From positions 896,001-960,000 of the forward strand of contig CAXWPL010000005.1 in NCBI GenBank assembly GCA_963666215.2: a DNA stretch of 64,000 nt, read 5' to 3'. The notes beneath the pieces were generated by a model. The model made no database searches, had not been told where the DNA came from, and was given only the letters and a program-made list of their open reading frames with translations. The translations under genes were made by a program, and so were the position numbers. Within the stretch, counting starts at the first letter, position 1. Each line of letters begins with the position of its first letter. The stretch comes from Acidobacteriota bacterium. Its GTDB lineage: Bacteria > Acidobacteriota > UBA890 > WLXD01. This document shows positions 10,730 through 20,138 of the stretch, piece by piece.

Positions 10730-11338
10730 ATGAAAAGAACCGATCGAGGGGTCGCAGTCGCCCCGATGAGCCCGGCCGCGGCGATCACCGCCGTCGTGCT
10801 CGCGACCCTCGTGGTCGCTTGGGCGACTCCCATGAGCTACGGCGCGCAGGACACGGCGGCATTGCGCTCGGCGTTGCAACGACTGCAGGCTCGCGACCTC
10901 GACGGCCGAGTTTGGAATCTGGAGCGCCTCCAAGGTCGCGTGATCCTCGTCGATTTTTGGGCAAGCTGGTGCGCGCCCTGTCTACGCGAGATCCCCTACA
11001 TGAAGGCCACCCGAGCCCGGGCGGGTCGTGAGAACTTCGAGATCGTCGGCATCAACCTCGATACGTTCAACGAGCAACGTCTGGTGACCTGGTTGGATCA
11101 ACACAACATCGACTGGCCACAAGTACACCAACAGCGCGGTTTCCACGACGACCTGCCGCGGCTGTTCGGCGTCGGCAAGCTGCCGACCTCGTTCCTCCTT
11201 GATCGCCAAGGCCGCGTCCGTGGTGTCGACCTCCGCGGCGCCAAGCTCACTCGAATGGTCCAGGAGCTGGTCGCGGAGTCGCCCTCGGCCGAGACACCTC
11301 AGGCCAACGATTTGCGGCTGAAGCGGCCCTCCAGGTAG
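10730..11338 (+). CDS. TlpA-family thiol:disulfide oxidoreductase
   Basis: LVDFWASWCAPC, LPTSFLLDRQG; N-terminal TM/signal segment; start uncertain. Confidence 0.88.
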   Translation: MKRTDRGVAVAPMSPAAAITAVVLATLVVAWATPMSYGAQDTAALRSALQRLQARDLDGRVWNLERLQGRVILVDFWASWCAPCLREIPYMKATRARAGRENFEIVGINLDTFNEQRLVTWLDQHNIDWPQVHQQRGFHDDLPRLFGVGKLPTSFLLDRQGRVRGVDLRGAKLTRMVQELVAESPSAETPQANDLRLKRPSR

Positions 11339-12146
11339 CGGCAGACCGACCGAAAACCGAGCCGCTCGTAGCAGCGCACGGCCGCGACGTTGTCGGCCTG
11401 CACGTTCAGGCCAATCAGCTCGATGCCGGCCACCGACAGGTCTCTGACGATCGCGGCCGCGACGCGGGTGGCGTGTCCGTGACCCCGGTGCTGAGGCCCG
11501 GTTGCTACGTTGCCGATTGCGGCCACGCCATATCGCATCGAGTTCACGTGCACGCCACCCACACGAACGAGCTCCTGGTGCGCTCGAATGCCGTAGCAGG
11601 GACCCAGCTCCAGGAGGTACGGGTCGAAAAATCGGCCCTCGTCCTCTCCGGGCGAGTAGGCGCCCTCGGCATAGAAGCGACAGACCTCGTCGCCGTCATC
11701 GACGCCCAGGCTCACCAGCTGTCCGATCTTCGCCGGCGTGGCCGCCGCGTCGAGCTCGCTCTCGCCTGCGGCCCGCGATCGCGGAAGCGACATCTTGACG
11801 TGCTCCGGCCCGAGCCCACCCGCGTGAGTGCTCCCGAAGACGTTGCCGAGGCCAGTGTCCGTGTGGCGTGGAAGGTGTCGGGAAGCGAGCCGGAGATCGT
11901 GCGCAAAAGGTCGCCCGTGGCGCGATGCCCGGGTGGGCAAACCGCATACACCACCGGCGGCACAACCTTCTCGAGTATCAGGCACACGGCCTCAATCGCC
12001 GCGGTCGCCGGATTGACCTGCCCATACCAGGTGCTGTGCGGCCAGAAGAAGTCGTCGAGATCAGCAAGCGCGTAGACGTCGAGGTCGGCTGCTTGCCGCA
12101 GGTACGACTCGATGGCCGATCGGTTCGCCAGTCGCACGACGTTCAT
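11299..12146 (-). CDS. GNAT acetyltransferase, frameshifted near 11865
   Basis: N-terminal half (YALADLDDFFWP) is in ORF 11712-12215; the GNAT motifs IGNVAT.PQHRGHGHA and LNVQADNVAAVRCYERLGF are in ORF 11299-11985. Confidence 0.8.
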
Positions 12147-12400
12147 CGTCGCAGTATGCGTTATCGACCGCGTTCCCGATGGTCGCGGTGTGATGCAGGC
12201 CACGGCCACACACATGTCCAGGGCCTCACCCGTGTAACCACCAGCCGACGGTCAGCGAAGTAGACGCAACGCGCAACGGAAGCTCGCGCTAGGAGCCCGG
12301 ATCGACGAGCCCCCAGCAAGAGCGAATCGATGCGTCGGCCCGCGGCGCCGCGGCCCATCCACTCCGTCGTACACGTTGAATTCCCCTGGAGCTTGCACAC

Positions 12401-13057
12401 ATGCGCAAGTACATCGCACTTCGTCTAGCCGCTACGGTGGCTGCCGTACCCTTTCTGACGCTCTCGGCGATCGCCGCCACCCCTTCCAGCGCCGGCCCGG
12501 CCGGCCTTTCCAGCAGTGCTCGCGTCTGGAACGTCGACACGGCGCACACCGAGGTCAACTTCTCGGTGAAGCACTTCTTCACCCCCATCACCGGCAGTTT
12601 CCAGGACTACGACGTCGAGCTGATGTTCGACAAGGACGACCCCGCCAACAGCAAGGTTTCGGCCAGGATTGCCGTCGGAAGTGTCAACACCGGCAACGAG
12701 GGCCGTGACAACCACCTGCGCTCGGACGACTGGTTCGAGGCCGACAAGTACCCCTACATCACGTTCGAGAGTAGCTCGGTCCGGCAGATATCGGAGACGG
12801 CTCTGGTTGCGGTCGGCGACCTCACGATCAAGGACGTCACGCGCAGAGTCGAGTTGCCCATCGAGCTGCTCGGCCTCAAGCAGATTCCCGAGCAGATGCG
12901 CGGCATGATGGGCGGCATCACCGAGGCGGCGGGATTCAGCACTGGGCTCGAGATCAACCGCAACGAGTTCAACGTGGGCGTCGGCTCGTGGGCCGCAACG
13001 ATGATCGTCGGTGACCAGGTGAACATCCAGATCCGCGTCGAGGCCAACCATAAATAG
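12401..13057 (+). CDS. YceI-family periplasmic protein
   Basis: WNVDTAHTEVNFSVKH, SVNTGNEGRDNHLRSDDWF, GDLTIKDVT; signal peptide. Confidence 0.93.
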   Translation: MRKYIALRLAATVAAVPFLTLSAIAATPSSAGPAGLSSSARVWNVDTAHTEVNFSVKHFFTPITGSFQDYDVELMFDKDDPANSKVSARIAVGSVNTGNEGRDNHLRSDDWFEADKYPYITFESSSVRQISETALVAVGDLTIKDVTRRVELPIELLGLKQIPEQMRGMMGGITEAAGFSTGLEINRNEFNVGVGSWAATMIVGDQVNIQIRVEANHK

Positions 13058-13103
13058 GCAACGCGGTGGCCGCCGACAGGCAACCTGTCGACAGCGCGTT
13101 CTC

Positions 13104-13136
13104 GGGAGGGGCCGGCTACGACGCCGGCCCTTTCTC
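13104..13136 (+). terminator. Probable intrinsic terminator after the YceI gene
   Basis: GGGCCGGC-TACGAC-GCCGGCCC stem-loop followed by TTTCTC, between convergent genes. Confidence 0.55.
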
Positions 13137-13187
13137 GTTCCTCTGAGCAAGCGTGATTCAGATCCTACGAGCGAAACTGGCGCTGAG

Positions 13188-14624
13188 CTACTGAATGTAG
13201 CCCATGGCTCGCAGGCGCTCGAGATCCTCCTCTTCGAGCTCACGCTCCACCAGCGGGTGCGACGCGGCAAACAGTGCGTTCTCCTCCATCCGCTCGCGCA
13301 GCAACGTTCGCGCCCGTTCGATCTGCTCGGCCGGCCAGTCCGCGGCGCGATCGCGGGCCTCGCCCGGATCGCTCGCGAGGTCGTACACCTCGACCGTGTT
13401 CGCAGCGAAGTCGAAGATGTACTTCGCCGAGTCCACATAGACAGCCTTGATCGTTCCGCGTGCCGGAACCTCCGCGAACGCGAGCTGAGTCCCGAGGTCT
13501 CCCGGCGATACATCCAGCAGCGGCAGGAGGCTGTTGCCGGCGAGCCCTTCGGGAACGGGCAGCGCGGCCGCATCGAGCAGGGTCGGCATCATGTCCACCA
13601 TCTCGGCGAGCACATCGGTGCGACGGCCGGAGTGCTGGCCTCGGGGAAGCTTCAGGATGATCGGCACGTGCAGGAGCTCGCCGTAAAGACTCTCTCCCGC
13701 GTGCTTGTACGTGCCGTGCTCGTAGAACGCCTCGCCGTGGTCCGAAGTGAGCAAGATCAGGGTGTCGTCGTAGCGGCCAGTGCGTTGCAGGTAGTCAACG
13801 GCGTCGCCCACGAGGTTGTCGAGGAACATCAGCTCGCTGTCGTACAGCGCCATCAGCTCGTCGCGATGCTCGGGCAGGAGCTCGAGCCGTTGCATGAATC
13901 GAGACTCCTCGTCGTGATCCCCACCAAGCGGCGGCAGCGTCCGCTCGGTGCGGAACACATCGCGGCGCTCAGCTGGCCGATACGGAAAATGGAGCTTCAA
14001 GAAGTGGAGATACGCGAAGAACGGAGCGTCACGCGTCGCTACTGGCCCCTCGACCCAGTCACTGAAGCGGTCCAGGACCCTACGATCGTTCTTCTTTTCG
14101 ACGTCATAGACGTCGAATCCCTGGGCGAACCCCATGTACTCCGGCATCTGCGCCTGATGGATAAAAGCGGCGGTAGCGTAGCCAGCGCGCTGGAACGCCT
14201 CGGCCAGCGTCGTGTAGTCCTCGGACAGAACATTGCCGCCACGGCGGCCCAAGACGCCACTGGCGATGCCGCCCTCCGGTTCCTGCTCTCGGTCGCCGGT
14301 GGGCACACGGTGCTGGCCGACGTAGAGCGAGCTGAACAGCGACGCAACCGACGGGCGCGTCCAGTTCGACTGCGCCACCGTGCGTTCGAAGACGATCCCG
14401 TCGCGCCCCAGCGCGTCGATCTGGGGCGAAGTCGGCCGTTCGTAGCCATAGGTCCCTAGATGATCGGCGCGTAAACAGTCGAGCAGCAGAACGAGCACGT
14501 TCGGTGTGCCGCTGGTGACGCCATCGCCGTTAGGCAAGCCCCCGCCGCAAGCGCCTGTCAGCACCAGGAACACGAGCGATCCGGAGACCGCTGCCGTCGT
14601 GCGCCTAGTCCGAGGTGAGGGCAT
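13188..14624 (-). CDS. Sulfatase-like lipoprotein (alkaline phosphatase superfamily)
   Basis: PNVLVLLLDCLRADHLGTYGY, WTRPSVAS, TSDHGEAF.EH, LRAMGYI; lipobox-like LTGAC. Confidence 0.88.
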   Translation of the reverse strand: MPSPRTRRTTAAVSGSLVFLVLTGACGGGLPNGDGVTSGTPNVLVLLLDCLRADHLGTYGYERPTSPQIDALGRDGIVFERTVAQSNWTRPSVASLFSSLYVGQHRVPTGDREQEPEGGIASGVLGRRGGNVLSEDYTTLAEAFQRAGYATAAFIHQAQMPEYMGFAQGFDVYDVEKKNDRRVLDRFSDWVEGPVATRDAPFFAYLHFLKLHFPYRPAERRDVFRTERTLPPLGGDHDEESRFMQRLELLPEHRDELMALYDSELMFLDNLVGDAVDYLQRTGRYDDTLILLTSDHGEAFYEHGTYKHAGESLYGELLHVPIILKLPRGQHSGRRTDVLAEMVDMMPTLLDAAALPVPEGLAGNSLLPLLDVSPGDLGTQLAFAEVPARGTIKAVYVDSAKYIFDFAANTVEVYDLASDPGEARDRAADWPAEQIERARTLLRERMEENALFAASHPLVERELEEEDLERLRAMGYIQ

Positions 14625-15627
14625 CAACCCGTCCCGCGAGTAGGTCGGCGATCGGAGCCGTGTGCTCCATGCGCGCCAGCAGAATCTTGGCAACGGCGGT
14701 CATCGGTGTCGCCAGCAGCATCCCGACCACGCCCCACAGCATTCCCCAGACCACCAGCGCCATCAAAATCACGACCGGGTGCAGGTCAAGCGAGTCACCG
14801 ATCACCTTCGGCTCAACAACGTTGCCCATAACGAGCTGGATCGACCCCGGCACCGAAATCGCCAGTATGGCGGCCGTGTTCGAGATTTCCGGCGTCACCA
14901 GGACCACGGGCAGCGGCAGCAACGTCGCCACAATGGAGCCGACGCTGGGAATGAAGTTGAGCAGGAAGGCGGCGAGCCCGAAGACCATCGCCAGTTGCAC
15001 GCCGAGAACCGACAGAACCACACCCACCATGATTCCCGTAGCGGCGGAAATCAGCGCCTTGAAGACGACGTAGCGCTTGATCCTCACCTCGACCTCGCCG
15101 AGCAGGCCGCCCACCGGTTGCACACGAGCCTCGCGAGAGATCATCAGGAAAAGCATGAAGACGAGCACCAGGGCGCCACGGGAAACAATGTCGACGAGCG
15201 CGTTGCCGATACCGACAATCATCCCGCCTATCGTGCCCACGGGGATCTGTTGCAACACCGCGCCGCGATCAATCCCAAAGCGGGTGAGCGGTAACGAGTC
15301 GAGGGTGTTGTTGACGAGAACGGAGATCTGCTGCTGGTAAACGCCGGCATTGGCGATCAGATTTCCCACCGACACCGATACCAACGCGCCGAGCAGCGTC
15401 AGGATGAGAAAGCCGATGCCGAACGCGCCAACCACCGCGAGAATGCGCGGGAACCGCAGCCGGTTCATCTGCACGTCGACCAGCGGCGACAGCCCGAGCG
15501 TGAACAGCAGAGCCAGCACGAACGGAATCAACACCGGACGCAACCAGTACAGCACGCCGGCGACGGCGACGGTCGCGAGGATCAACAGACAGACGGTCTG
15601 GATGCGCTGCTCCCGCTGCACGATCAC
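14605..15627 (-). CDS. AI-2E family transporter
   Basis: FLLNFIPSVGS, GNVVEPKVIG..LDLHP, WGMLWGVVGMLLATP. Confidence 0.92.
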   Translation of the reverse strand: MIVQREQRIQTVCLLILATVAVAGVLYWLRPVLIPFVLALLFTLGLSPLVDVQMNRLRFPRILAVVGAFGIGFLILTLLGALVSVSVGNLIANAGVYQQQISVLVNNTLDSLPLTRFGIDRGAVLQQIPVGTIGGMIVGIGNALVDIVSRGALVLVFMLFLMISREARVQPVGGLLGEVEVRIKRYVVFKALISAATGIMVGVVLSVLGVQLAMVFGLAAFLLNFIPSVGSIVATLLPLPVVLVTPEISNTAAILAISVPGSIQLVMGNVVEPKVIGDSLDLHPVVILMALVVWGMLWGVVGMLLATPMTAVAKILLARMEHTAPIADLLAGRVDALTSD

Positions 15628-15706
15628 GCGGGACGGCTCCAGATCGACGTGCGATCGAAGTCAGCTCGATCGAGTGGGCTGTACCCCACCATCGCGTCCG
15701 GAAGGG

Positions 15707-17512
15707 TCACTCCCCCGTCGTCTCCGTCGGCAGTTCCTGAGAGTCGACGTCCGGGCGCCTCAGGTGCCAGTCGGTTGCTGCTTGGTAGGCGTGCGCCAGT
15801 CGCAGCGCGTCGGCATCGCGGTACAAGCCGCCGATGAACGAGACGCTGACGGGTGTGCCCTCGTCGGTGAATCCGTTGGGAACGACGACGCACGGATGGC
15901 CCGTAAGGTTGGTGGCACCAACCAGGCCGCCGCGGAAGCTCGGCGCCACGAACACGTCGACGTCGCGAATGGCCTCGGAGAACAGCCGCATATACATCGT
16001 CCGTGCTCGGCTCGCCTGAATGTACTCCACGGCGGGAATCATCCGCGCCGTTCGGAAGGTGGTGGGCCACGCTCCCCGGGTCTGTCGGGTCAGCTCGTCG
16101 TCGCGATTCGAGCGCGTCAACTCATCGAACGCCGCGGCCGACTCCGCAACCAGCATGAAGCCAATTGCGTCAACCGGAAAGTCGGGAAGCGCGACCGGAA
16201 CGAGGTCGAGCCCGAGATCGTCGCGCAGCACGCGCAGCGTCTCCAAGTCGTCGGCTCGATTCTCGTAGCTCTCGCCCTCCTCGAACGCGCTCTCCAGAAA
16301 TCCGATCCGCAAATCGTCGAGCGGCCGGTACGGATCCCATCCGAAGGGGACGTCCCGTGCCGAGGGATCGAGACCGTCGGCACCATGGATGGCGGAGAAA
16401 ACCAGCGCGCAATCCTCGGCGCTGCGGCACATCGGTCCGATCTTGTCCATGCTCCAGGAGAGCGCCATGGCGCCGTTCCGGCTAACGCGACCGAACGTCG
16501 GTCGCAACCCGGTTACGCCGTTGCGCGTGCTCGGCGAGACGATGCTGCCACGGGTCTCGGTACCGATACCGAACCCAACGCAGCCGGCGGCCGTTGCCGA
16601 CCCCGGTCCGGCCGACGATCCGCTCGAGCCCTGGTCGATCTTCCAGGGGTTGCGCGTGCGGCCGCCGAACCAGTAGTCGCCCTGAGCCAGCGCACCGAGC
16701 GTGAGCTTGCCCACGAGCACGGCCCCAGCCGCTTCGAGCCGCTGCACGACCGTCGCGTCCTGGTGAATGGTCTGGTCCCTATAGGGAGCCGCTCCCCAGG
16801 TCGTGGGGTAGTCGCGCGTTGCCAGCAGGTCCTTGGCGCCCCACGGAATGCCGTGCAGCGGGCCGCGGTAGTTGCCCGCTGCGATCTCCTGATCGGCGCG
16901 GTGAGCCTGCTTCAGCGCCAGCTCCTCGGTGAGTGTCACCAGAAACTTCAGCTTCGGCTCGTAGCGACGCAAACGCCCCAGGTAAAGCTGAGTGAGCTCG
17001 GTCGAGCTGACCTTTCGGTCACGGACCAGGCTCGACAGGCTGGTGACAGGTAGGAAAGCGAGGTCGTCGCCACTCGGCACACCGCCAACAGGCGGAGCCG
17101 CCGCCCCGCTCACACGCAGCGGTGCGGAACGGTCGGAGGAAGGACTCGACGTCGACAAGACGCTGGCGGTCTCGACCCCCGGCATGGCCGGCTCGAACAC
17201 CAGCGAGGGTGGCACATCGTTCGGAATCTTCAGCTCGCGCAGCGCCGCATAGGAATCCAGGTTGCGTCCCAGTCCGCGACGCATCAGCTCGCGCTCTTCG
17301 TCGGTAAGCTCGAGCCCGGCGATCTTCTCCGCCTCGGCGATCATCGCCGAGGTAATCGGCGACTCGGGCGCCTCTTCTTGGATCCGCGCCCACAGGACGC
17401 CGGGAAAGAGCGTGCCGCTCAGGCCTGCTGCCGAGCACGCGCCCATGAAACGTCGCCGATCGAGCGCACCGTCGCTGGCGTTAGCGTCCCGTCCCAACGT
17501 GTCGTTGCCCAT
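15707..17512 (-). CDS. Tat-exported amidase (amidase-signature family)
   Basis: DRRRFM Tat motif; GPLHGIPWGAKD, GSSGSSAG, GTETRGSIVSP. Confidence 0.92.
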   Translation of the reverse strand: MGNDTLGRDANASDGALDRRRFMGACSAAGLSGTLFPGVLWARIQEEAPESPITSAMIAEAEKIAGLELTDEERELMRRGLGRNLDSYAALRELKIPNDVPPSLVFEPAMPGVETASVLSTSSPSSDRSAPLRVSGAAAPPVGGVPSGDDLAFLPVTSLSSLVRDRKVSSTELTQLYLGRLRRYEPKLKFLVTLTEELALKQAHRADQEIAAGNYRGPLHGIPWGAKDLLATRDYPTTWGAAPYRDQTIHQDATVVQRLEAAGAVLVGKLTLGALAQGDYWFGGRTRNPWKIDQGSSGSSAGPGSATAAGCVGFGIGTETRGSIVSPSTRNGVTGLRPTFGRVSRNGAMALSWSMDKIGPMCRSAEDCALVFSAIHGADGLDPSARDVPFGWDPYRPLDDLRIGFLESAFEEGESYENRADDLETLRVLRDDLGLDLVPVALPDFPVDAIGFMLVAESAAAFDELTRSNRDDELTRQTRGAWPTTFRTARMIPAVEYIQASRARTMYMRLFSEAIRDVDVFVAPSFRGGLVGATNLTGHPCVVVPNGFTDEGTPVSVSFIGGLYRDADALRLAHAYQAATDWHLRRPDVDSQELPTETTGE

Positions 17513-17676
17513 GTTTCCTCGCTTGTCGCAGTCGCTCCGCAGCTCGTCGCGGCGCGTGCAGTGAAGGCTGACGCGAGCCTACGCGCTGTCCTCCGGTGCA
17601 ACAAGCGTGGCTGCGACCAGCCTGATGCCCGATGGCACGCCGCGTGCCACAGAATGAAGACGAGTCGGCGCCCTTG

Positions 17677-18042
17677 CTAGGCCGGCTGGACCATCAGGTC
17701 GAGTATTGCCAGCGCCACGATTTTGGCTGCGGCCACCATGTCGTCGACCGCACACCACTCGTCCGGCTGGTGCGCCTGCTCGAGAACGCCCGGCCCATAG
17801 GCCACGCAGTGCTCGATACACGCGTGCCGCGCGAAGTGCTTCTGGTCGTACGTGCCGGGGCTCGCGACGAGCTGGGCCTCACGACCCGTCACCCGCGGGA
17901 TGGCGCGAGCAAGCGCTTCTGGCGGCGTGAAGCGCCCGTCGATGGCCGTCCATCCCCCGTCGACGAAGAGCACGCTGCCGGTGACGTAGCTGGCAGCATC
18001 CGACAGCAGAAAGACGGTCGGCGCGGCGATGTCGCCGATCAC
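17677..18042 (-). pseudogene. Chimeric remnant: SDR oxidoreductase C-terminus joined to an M20 (ArgE/DapE-like) C-terminus
   Basis: [24 protein letters not shown] (SDR end) runs directly into SPGTYDQKH...[15 protein letters not shown] (M20 end). Confidence 0.75.
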
Positions 18043-18085
18043 CGCGTGTACGGCCGCTCGGTGGCAGGTGCCCGCGGGGCCTCGA

Positions 18086-19498
18086 CTACCCGGCTACCGG
18101 TAAACCTGCGCCGCGCAGCGCGTGCATGCCGGCGAAGGCCACCGCGGATGCTAGCAAACCGACGGCGCTCGGATTGAACAGAGCCCCGGCAGCCACGCCA
18201 CCCATGTAGGCCCACGTCCAGCCAGCCACGCCGGCGAACACCGCGGCCAACGCCTCCGGCTGACCGGGGCGCCGCGTGTAGAGACCAGCGACCACAGGCA
18301 CGAACAGACTCACTGTGAGCAAGCCGTAGAACACCTGCAACGAGGAGATCACCGACTGCAGCAGCAGCGCCAGGCTGACGCCAAGCACTCCTCCCAGCAG
18401 CGCACCAAGGCGAGCGACGCGCAGGACGGCTGCATCGTCGGCATCGCGCCTGATGAACCGCTTGTAGAGATCCTCCGACAGCGACGTGGAGAGCATGAAG
18501 AGAATGGCGTCCGACGAGCTCACTTCGGCCGAGAAGACCGCAGCCAAGCCCAATCCGCCGATCAATGCCGGCAGCCCGAGTAGGAGAAGCGTCGGCAGGG
18601 CGTCGTCCGGGTTCGGCAAGTCGGGAGCCACCCCGCGAGCCAGCATTCCTAACAGCACGGGAACAGCCGCGAACAGCAGCAAGCCGACGCCAGCGAGCCC
18701 AACGCCGACGCGCACAGCGCGCTCGTCGCGCGCGCCGTAAACCTTCTGAAGAAGCCCTGGCGAGATGACGAACGCGGGCGCTATGAGCGTCAGGTAGTGC
18801 CACCCCGAGGAACCGCCCCTGGAGAATCTCAGATAGTCGTTGCCGCCGGGCGGGGCTAGCGCGCCGAGGCCTTCGAACAGCGTCCCGTCGCCGAGACCAC
18901 GAAGACCCCATACCAGGGCGAGCGCAAAGCCGACAACCAGCACGCCCAACTGCAGCAGGTTGACCCAGGCCGAGCTGAGCAGACCACCGGCGGAAAAGTA
19001 AATCACCATCACGACGCCACCCAGCAGACAGCCGACCGGACGCGGCACCCCGGCAACCGTATGCAGCACCGCCGCAATCGCTATCAGCTGCGCCGCCAGG
19101 ATGACGATAGTGAGAAACCAAAGCATCCCCGTGGTGACAGCACGCAGGCCGGTGCCGTAGCGCCACTCGAGAAAGTCGCCCACCGTTAGCAGGTTGTTGT
19201 CCTTGGCCACCCGCCAGATGCGCGGCCCCACCCAGAAGGCCAGCACCAACGTGCCTATACCGGCCGAGCCAACCCACCACCAGGCACTCAGGCCGTCTCG
19301 GTAGCCCAACCGTGCGGCGCCGACCGTAGTGCCAGCCCCGATGTTCGCGGCCAGGATGGTTGCGAACAACAGGCCCGGGCCCAGCGCGCGTCCGGCGACG
19401 AAGAAACCGCCGGTGCTGTCGACGCGACGCCCAATCCAAAGGCCGACGGCGATCATCGCCACCGAATAGACCGCTAGCAACGGCAGGTGCAACGTCAC
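18086..19498 (-). CDS. Sodium:solute symporter
   Basis: [33 protein letters not shown]; about 13 TM segments. Confidence 0.92.
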   Translation of the reverse strand: MTLHLPLLAVYSVAMIAVGLWIGRRVDSTGGFFVAGRALGPGLLFATILAANIGAGTTVGAARLGYRDGLSAWWWVGSAGIGTLVLAFWVGPRIWRVAKDNNLLTVGDFLEWRYGTGLRAVTTGMLWFLTIVILAAQLIAIAAVLHTVAGVPRPVGCLLGGVVMVIYFSAGGLLSSAWVNLLQLGVLVVGFALALVWGLRGLGDGTLFEGLGALAPPGGNDYLRFSRGGSSGWHYLTLIAPAFVISPGLLQKVYGARDERAVRVGVGLAGVGLLLFAAVPVLLGMLARGVAPDLPNPDDALPTLLLLGLPALIGGLGLAAVFSAEVSSSDAILFMLSTSLSEDLYKRFIRRDADDAAVLRVARLGALLGGVLGVSLALLLQSVISSLQVFYGLLTVSLFVPVVAGLYTRRPGQPEALAAVFAGVAGWTWAYMGGVAAGALFNPSAVGLLASAVAFAGMHALRGAGLPVAG

Positions 19499-19831
19499 CG
19501 CACACTCGCAAGCTGGGCGCAAGGCCACGTGGGAAGGAGCGAGCGTTCGATCCTAGCAGTCGAGGGCGCGGGCGCGCTCGGTGGTTCACGACGCTGCGAA
19601 CGCTGAGAGCGCCACGTGCTCTCTGACCCGAAGCCTGGAACTACGACGGCCGCCCTGGCGACGCGCATGCTCGGCAAGAAAACCTGGCGTTCTCGGGCGA
19701 GAAGCAAGCCGGGTTGTGGGTGCCGGGCAACGGGTCGCCAAACGGGCGGCCGTCATCTTGGTCAGACGTCCATGGGCCGGGCGATTTCCGCGAGTCAGTC
19801 GCGGAACCCATGGAGTTATTCTGAGCCGGTA

Positions 19832-19862
19832 TTAGTCACTTGCAAATAGCATAAGTGACTAA
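19832..19862. promoter_or_regulatory. 10-bp inverted repeat TTAGTCACTT-N11-AAGTGACTAA in an AT-rich island
   Basis: Read directly from the sequence; 19815-19920 is strongly AT-rich against a GC-rich background. Confidence 0.5.
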
Positions 19863-20138
19863 AGATTTGAAAAGAATTTCTTAAATCACCAAATATGATC
19901 AAGTCATCACACAAATAATCCGAGCATCGTGACGATCATCGAGGCTCATGACATGCATGACGGCACCTGTCCAGTAGTCGTGTCGCCGATCCGTACGTGC
20001 TGGCCGCCAGAGTCCGTGCCTGGCGATAACCTGGACAAGAAATTTCAACTGTCGCGCGCCCGCTGTCGCGCAATGGCGCCCTCGGCCGGTTCTGTCCATC
20101 CACCGAGGGGACGCGCCTGGCGCCCACGAGTAGCGCGC

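Noticed and set aside
15350-17053. Long ORFs antisense to real genes (also 47458-49428, 45906-47405, 13257-14459, 33360-34553)
   Set aside because: Shadow ORFs expected from high-GC codon bias; no recognisable motifs
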